From an uncultured Pseudomonadales bacterium (GTDB lineage Bacteria > Patescibacteriota > Microgenomatia > UBA1400 > PJMF01), in the NCBI GenBank assembly GCA_964404025.1, contig CAYOIJ010000003.1:10727-74726 (forward strand): a stretch of DNA of 64,000 nt, in the 5' to 3' direction. How positions within the stretch are numbered: the stretch's first letter is position 1; the number at the start of each line of letters is the position of its first letter. Position numbers and translations under genes: made by a program. Shown one piece after another: positions 59,082 through 64,000 of this stretch. The notes below the pieces were generated by a model that did no database searches, was not told the DNA's origin, and saw only the letters and a program-made list of their open reading frames with translations.

Positions 59082-59621
59082 CTAACTGTTTAGTAATTTA
59101 AAAGCCAAAATTAACTCAGATCTAACTTGTTCGAAAATTTCTTCTTTCGACATTTTTTTAATTTGATCTAAACTAAACCAATCAATTTTTTCTGACTCAC
59201 TGTTTTGCTCTAAAGTAGACAAATCAACTTCACTGGCCAACAAATATTGAAAATCTAGGTGTTGCTCACAACCTTTTAGCCAATCTTTTTCTCTTTTCTT
59301 TTGACCAGCTAAACGATATTGATAATTTTTTTTTGAAATCCAATGTAAGCTAATACTGATTGGCACAGGATGAAAAGAAATATCCTTATCTTTTTTATCA
59401 AAATTTAAATCAAAGTTGGGTGGACTAATAGCCTTCACCTTTAATCCAGTTTCCTCAAGAAATTCTCTTTCAGCTGCCTGATGTAAAAACTCGCCTTCTT
59501 CAAGATGGCCTCCGGGAGTTAACCAGCTTTTTAATTTTTTATGTTTTAATAACAAAACTCGCTGATCAATAACTAATACTCCAGAGGCAGTATAACAAAA
59601 TTGTGGCTGGATTGTTTTCAT
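59082..59621 (-). CDS. NUDIX hydrolase
   Basis: WLTPGGHLEEGEFLHQAAEREFLEETGL. Confidence 0.92.
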   Translation of the reverse strand: MKTIQPQFCYTASGVLVIDQRVLLLKHKKLKSWLTPGGHLEEGEFLHQAAEREFLEETGLKVKAISPPNFDLNFDKKDKDISFHPVPISISLHWISKKNYQYRLAGQKKREKDWLKGCEQHLDFQYLLASEVDLSTLEQNSESEKIDWFSLDQIKKMSKEEIFEQVRSELILAFKLLNS

Positions 59622-59626
59622 GTTTT

Positions 59627-60211
59627 TTAAATTAAACTCATTTGTGTACCACTAGCTTTTTTTGCTACAAAAGAAAAATCGACAGGAGCTTGGATTAATC
59701 GATTCCATTTATTACGAAATTTAACCTCGCCATTTCTTAATCCGTAATCATAAACATCTCTAGTAACTTTAACATCTTCTAAACAATATTTTTCAAGAGC
59801 CTTTAAGTCACCAGTTTGGTAATAGCGAATAGCATCAAGCCCATCACCAATTTTCCCTGCCCCTAAAGTCTCTTGAGCAACAGCATCCAAAGCAATCCGA
59901 TGACCAACACTATCTTTGATGCGCGTCAATAAATCGAGTGTAGGAATCTTTTTAATATCTGCTTGATAGTAAGGAATAAGGGTAGGCATATCAAAATTAT
60001 CTACATTAAAGCCAATCACTACATCTGCTCTCTCCAACAGGGGAAAAAGTTTTTTTAAATCCTTTTCAAAAAAAGAAAGAAATTGGCCTTTTTTATCACC
60101 ATTTTCTCTTAAACATAAACCAACAAAGGAAATGCCTAATTTCTCTGGAAAATAACCCCCAACGTCATCGGAACTTTGTTTAGTTTCTACATCCAAAATC
60201 ACTTCTAACAT
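59627..60211 (-). CDS. RNase H-like DEDD 3'-5' exonuclease domain protein (YprB-like)
   Basis: LDVET, GFNVDNFD, YCLEDV. Confidence 0.85.
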   Translation of the reverse strand: MLEVILDVETKQSSDDVGGYFPEKLGISFVGLCLRENGDKKGQFLSFFEKDLKKLFPLLERADVVIGFNVDNFDMPTLIPYYQADIKKIPTLDLLTRIKDSVGHRIALDAVAQETLGAGKIGDGLDAIRYYQTGDLKALEKYCLEDVKVTRDVYDYGLRNGEVKFRNKWNRLIQAPVDFSFVAKKASGTQMSLI

Positions 60212-60258
60212 AGGAAACTATCCTAAAACAAGTTCCTGTTGACTGCAAGCTCAAACTC

Positions 60259-60891
60259 TTACGAATAATTTTTTGTTAAAGCAGTTTGATAGCGTTTTTC
60301 TACAGTAGCAAAGTCAAGTACTTGCCACCAAGCGTCTACATAGTCAGCACGACGATTTTGATATTTTAGATAATAAGCATGTTCCCACACATCAACCCCT
60401 AGTAATGGCTGATGATGCAAAGTTAAAGGTGAGTCTTGGTTGGGTAAACTATACATTTCAAGCTTTTTATCTTGATTAAGCACTAACCAAGCCCAACCAG
60501 AGCCAAACTGACTCGTTGCTAAATCAGTAAATTCTTGTTTGAATTTGTCAAAACCACCAAGATCTTCAATTAAATTTTTAAGATCTCCAATGGGTTTTCT
60601 TGGTCCTTCAGGAGACATGATTTCCCAAAAAATATTGTGGTGAGCAAAACCTCCACCATGGTTATTCAAAGCCACCCAAGTTTTAGAATTAAGTTTTTCT
60701 TTTAGGCTTGGTAGGCGCCATAAAATTTCATCAACTGTTAAATCTTTTAAATCTGGCAGATCTTGGAGAGCTAATTTAAATTTATCTAAATAAGACTGAT
60801 GATGTTTATCATGATGAATTCTCATTGTTTCTTCATCAATGTAAGGTTCAAGAGCATCATAAGCATAAGGTAATGGTTTAAGTTCTAACAT
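60259..60891 (-). CDS. sodA: superoxide dismutase, Mn-type signature
   Basis: HHDKHH, NNHGGG, FGSGWAWL, PNQDSP, DVWEHAYY. Confidence 0.95.
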   Translation of the reverse strand: MLELKPLPYAYDALEPYIDEETMRIHHDKHHQSYLDKFKLALQDLPDLKDLTVDEILWRLPSLKEKLNSKTWVALNNHGGGFAHHNIFWEIMSPEGPRKPIGDLKNLIEDLGGFDKFKQEFTDLATSQFGSGWAWLVLNQDKKLEMYSLPNQDSPLTLHHQPLLGVDVWEHAYYLKYQNRRADYVDAWWQVLDFATVEKRYQTALTKNYS

Positions 60892-60930
60892 AGGCCTCCT
60901 TTTTAAATATCAATTAAATAATATATTCTT

Positions 60931-60959
60931 ATTATAGCACGAGGCTTGTGAATAATCAA
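60931..60959 (-). promoter_or_regulatory. sodA promoter
   Basis: - strand TTGATT-17-TATAAT with extended TG; AGGAGG SD downstream. Confidence 0.7.
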
Positions 60960-61023
60960 TTATAAAAAGGATTGATTAATCAATATAATAAACATATATC
61001 AAACAATAATTGTATCCAAATAT

Positions 61024-61851
61024 TTAGAGAGTTAATTCTTCAGCTATACGATTAAGCTCAATCAATCTGTCTCTTAGGGTGGTGCGCACAAAGTTTTGCA
61101 TGGCTGGCCAATCAAATTCTTGATCAGCTTGGCGAAATTGAACTAATTCTCGCCATAAAAAATTTCCTAAATAAAAACCCTTTGCCCCATTTTCCATTGC
61201 AATTCTAAAATTTTCTTTAAACTTTTCGTAACTTAAATTTTTTTGATTATCCCCACTTAATAACCAGGGAATATCTACTTCACTACTGATAGTAGCTGCT
61301 AATAGCGGATTGGAAACATTTTCTAAAACCAAAATATCTGTAAAAGAATGAACTTCGCTAATACTGCTTAAAAGAATTTCTTCATTATCAAAATTAGTAT
61401 TTAGCTTGAGCAAAAAATTAATTTTTAGGCTCTCACTATAATCTTTAATTTCAGCTAACAATTGTTTTTTTGATAAAGCTTGTTCTTCATGAGACTGATA
61501 GCTGAGTCCTAATTTTGCTAAGGCATAATTATTTTTAATCTCTAAAAGTGAAAAATTGGGAAAAAGCTGAGGAATATCCTGCGCTTCTACCAATTGGTGT
61601 TGTTCTAAGCGAACAAGTGCTCCTACATCACTAGGTTTATGAGCTAATAAAGGTAAGCTATAAATTGGATCTACAACTAGACCAGTTACCTCCTGAGATA
61701 ACTCAAGCAATAAAAGATAAATCTGTTCTAAAAAAGATAAATTGTCAGTTAAGCTTAAATCCAAAGATAGGGTTTCACTTAAAGATAAAACATCATCCAA
61801 GGCTAAGATACCAAATAATTGGCGCTGATTGCTAATTGCGGGCAACTGCAT
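61024..61851 (-). CDS. LacD-like class I aldolase homolog, probably catalytically inactive
   Basis: GILALD, LVVDPIYSLP, AKLGLSY, PWLLSG, GAKGFYLGNFLW follow the tagatose-bisphosphate aldolase motif order. Confidence 0.6.
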   Translation of the reverse strand: MQLPAISNQRQLFGILALDDVLSLSETLSLDLSLTDNLSFLEQIYLLLLELSQEVTGLVVDPIYSLPLLAHKPSDVGALVRLEQHQLVEAQDIPQLFPNFSLLEIKNNYALAKLGLSYQSHEEQALSKKQLLAEIKDYSESLKINFLLKLNTNFDNEEILLSSISEVHSFTDILVLENVSNPLLAATISSEVDIPWLLSGDNQKNLSYEKFKENFRIAMENGAKGFYLGNFLWRELVQFRQADQEFDWPAMQNFVRTTLRDRLIELNRIAEELTL

Positions 61852-61893
61852 CTTTTTAGTATAGCAAAAAAACCCTGGTTACGCTCAATTTAA

Positions 61894-64000
61894 TTAAGAA
61901 CGGCGCCTGTTGTTTTGATTATTATTCGAACGATAGTTGCGATTACTACTTCGACCCTGATCAAAACGTCTTTGACCTCCACCACGTCTTGAATTAGAAC
62001 GAGCTTCTTTTTGAGCGGCTTCTTCCTCTGGAGTGAGAGCTGTTAAAGCTACCTTACCATCTAGGCCTATTTCTTTAATACGTATCTTTAAATGATCACC
62101 TAGTTTAACTTTTTCATTAGCGTCCCGCACATAATCAGTAGACATATTAGATACATGAAGCAGACCATCTCGTCCTGGCAAATATTCAACAAAAGCACCG
62201 TAGTTTTCAACTCTAGTTACTTCGCCTTCAAATTCATCACCGACTTCTACTTCTCTAACTAGGCCATCTATCATTTCCAAAGCTTGATCTATTGCTTTTT
62301 GATCAGGAGAAGAAATATTAATAACGCCTTGTTTCTTTTCCTTATCTTCAACTACATTGACCTCTGCTCCAGTTTTTTCAATAATATCCTTAATGACACT
62401 ACCACCACTGCCAATCACTGTACCAATCTTTTCTGCAGGAATAACTAATTGAGATACTTTTGGCGCATATTGGCTTAATTCTTCTCGTGAGCTAGTAATA
62501 TTTTTAAGCATTTCTTGCATAATATGCATGCGACCCTTATGAGCTTGAGAGAGAGCTTTAACTAAAATATCTTTATCTATACCTTTTAGTTTAATATCCA
62601 TCTGAATAGCTGTAATTCCTTTTTCACTACCAGCTACTTTAAAGTCCATGTCACCGACGTGATCTTCTAAGCCCTGAATATCCGAGAGAATGACAAACTT
62701 ATCTTTACCGTCACTCATCAATCCCATAGCAATACCTGAAACAGGTCGCTTAAGAGCAACACCAGCTGCCATTAAAGACAAGGTGGAACCACAAACAGCA
62801 GCTTGAGAGGTTGAGCCATTAGAACTCATTATCTCAGTTACCACTCGAATCGCATAAGGAAATTCTTCTTGTGAGGGCAACATTGGTCTCAACGCTCTTT
62901 CAGCAAGGGCTCCGTGACCAATTTCTCGTCTCTTAGGATAAGCAATGCGTCCAGCTTCTCCAGAAGCATAGGGAGGCATGTTGTAATGGTGCATGTAATG
63001 TCTCACTCTCTCACCAGTAATATCTTCAACTGTTTGACCCAAAGAAGGATCTGCTAAAGTTACTACAGTCAAAGCTTGAGTTGCACCTCTTTTAAACATA
63101 GCGCTACCGTGAGCCCTAGGTAAAACATCAATTTCTGTCCAAATTTGTCTAATTTCATCAGTTTTTCGACCATCAGGACGAACTCCGTCTTCAAGAATCA
63201 TTCTTCGAGCTTCATCTTTTTCTAATTGATAAATGATATCTGCTACCATAGCAGCACTAACTTCTTTATCATCCTCTTTGGCCTGATCAGTTTTTTCAGC
63301 AACAATCTTTTCAATTAATTCGCTGATGCCAGAATCTTCTAGTTGTGCTTTCTTAAGCACAGCCTGATTAATTTCTGGACCATACTTTTGATCAATTTCT
63401 GACTTTAATTCGCTGATAAATGATTGTTCATCTTCGCTGATTTCCTCAGTCAAAACTGCTTTTTCTTTACCAATTTCTTTGGCAATCTTTTCAATTTCTC
63501 CACAAACTCCAGATAAAACTTCTTGAGCTTTAACTAAAGCATCGACAATAATTGACTCTTTAACCTCGTTTGCTCCAGCTTCTACCATCACAATTGAAGT
63601 TTTAGAAGCTGACACAATTAAATCAAGATCATTTTCTTCGATTTCGCTTTTTAGAGGGTTAAAGATAAATTGTTCTTTTGAACCATCCTTAGCTAAAGCT
63701 AATCTAGCTCCGGCAATGGGTCCATCAAAAGGAATTTCACTAATTTGTAGTGCTAAACCAGCAGACAATAAAGCCATCATGTCTGGCTCATTTTCACCAT
63801 CATAAGATAGGACTGTGCTGATTATTTGTACTTCATGTTTAATTCCATCTGGAAATAAAGGACGCATGGTGCGATCTATCACTCTAGCTCGCAAAATTGC
63901 ATCATCCGTAGGACGACCTTCTCTTTTTACCCAACGAGAACCTTTAATCATGCCACTTGAATAGAGTTTCTCCTCAAATTCAACTGACAAGGGAAAGTAA
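61894..64000 (-). CDS. pnp: polyribonucleotide nucleotidyltransferase (5' end outside the window)
   Basis: KREGRP, RREIGHG, SNGSTSQA, GDMDFKVAG, KH and S1 domains. Confidence 0.97.
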   Translation of the reverse strand, partial: YFPLSVEFEEKLYSSGMIKGSRWVKREGRPTDDAILRARVIDRTMRPLFPDGIKHEVQIISTVLSYDGENEPDMMALLSAGLALQISEIPFDGPIAGARLALAKDGSKEQFIFNPLKSEIEENDLDLIVSASKTSIVMVEAGANEVKESIIVDALVKAQEVLSGVCGEIEKIAKEIGKEKAVLTEEISEDEQSFISELKSEIDQKYGPEINQAVLKKAQLEDSGISELIEKIVAEKTDQAKEDDKEVSAAMVADIIYQLEKDEARRMILEDGVRPDGRKTDEIRQIWTEIDVLPRAHGSAMFKRGATQALTVVTLADPSLGQTVEDITGERVRHYMHHYNMPPYASGEAGRIAYPKRREIGHGALAERALRPMLPSQEEFPYAIRVVTEIMSSNGSTSQAAVCGSTLSLMAAGVALKRPVSGIAMGLMSDGKDKFVILSDIQGLEDHVGDMDFKVAGSEKGITAIQMDIKLKGIDKDILVKALSQAHKGRMHIMQEMLKNITSSREELSQYAPKVSQLVIPAEKIGTVIGSGGSVIKDIIEKTGAEVNVVEDKEKKQGVINISSPDQKAIDQALEMIDGLVREVEVGDEFEGEVTRVENYGAFVEYLPGRDGLLHVSNMSTDYVRDANEKVKLGDHLKIRIKEIGLDGKVALTALTPEEEAAQKEARSNSRRGGGQRRFDQGRSSNRNYRSNNNQNNRRRS

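Overview
A low-GC, gene-dense bacterial chromosome segment that looks like Patescibacteria/CPR, probably Microgenomates-like. This is an inference from the missing uL30 gene in the spc operon, the AlaRS without a C-Ala domain, the long tmRNA tag and an orphan baseplate-J-like membrane protein. From the left: a folate one-carbon cluster (ygfA, glyA, fhs, folD), an FMN reductase, tRNA-Arg(CCG), an RRM protein, lamin-tail and VanZ proteins and a divergent HU. A ~28 kb minus-strand supercluster follows (rpoBC-str-S10-spc-alpha-rplM/rpsI), including a rpmJ missed by the ORF track. Next come an envelope block (alaS, baseplate-J-like membrane protein, sortase, ruvX, mltG), tRNA-Val(CAC), comF and tmRNA. 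Two paralogous Ig-like proteins with LPxxG sorting signals bracket ftsK, rnj, udg and a protease-less Lon AAA+ module. The right end holds a pentose/nucleotide house-cleaning block, a minimal SufCB pair, Mn-type SOD, a probably inactive LacD-like aldolase and a partial pnp. No mobile elements, CRISPR arrays or rRNA were seen. The best candidates for undescribed biology are the sortase/LPxxG/baseplate-J surface system, the stand-alone Lon ATPase, pervasive leaderless promoters, an attenuator-like rpoB leader and an atypical tmRNA. All assignments come from reading motifs by eye; no database searches were run.
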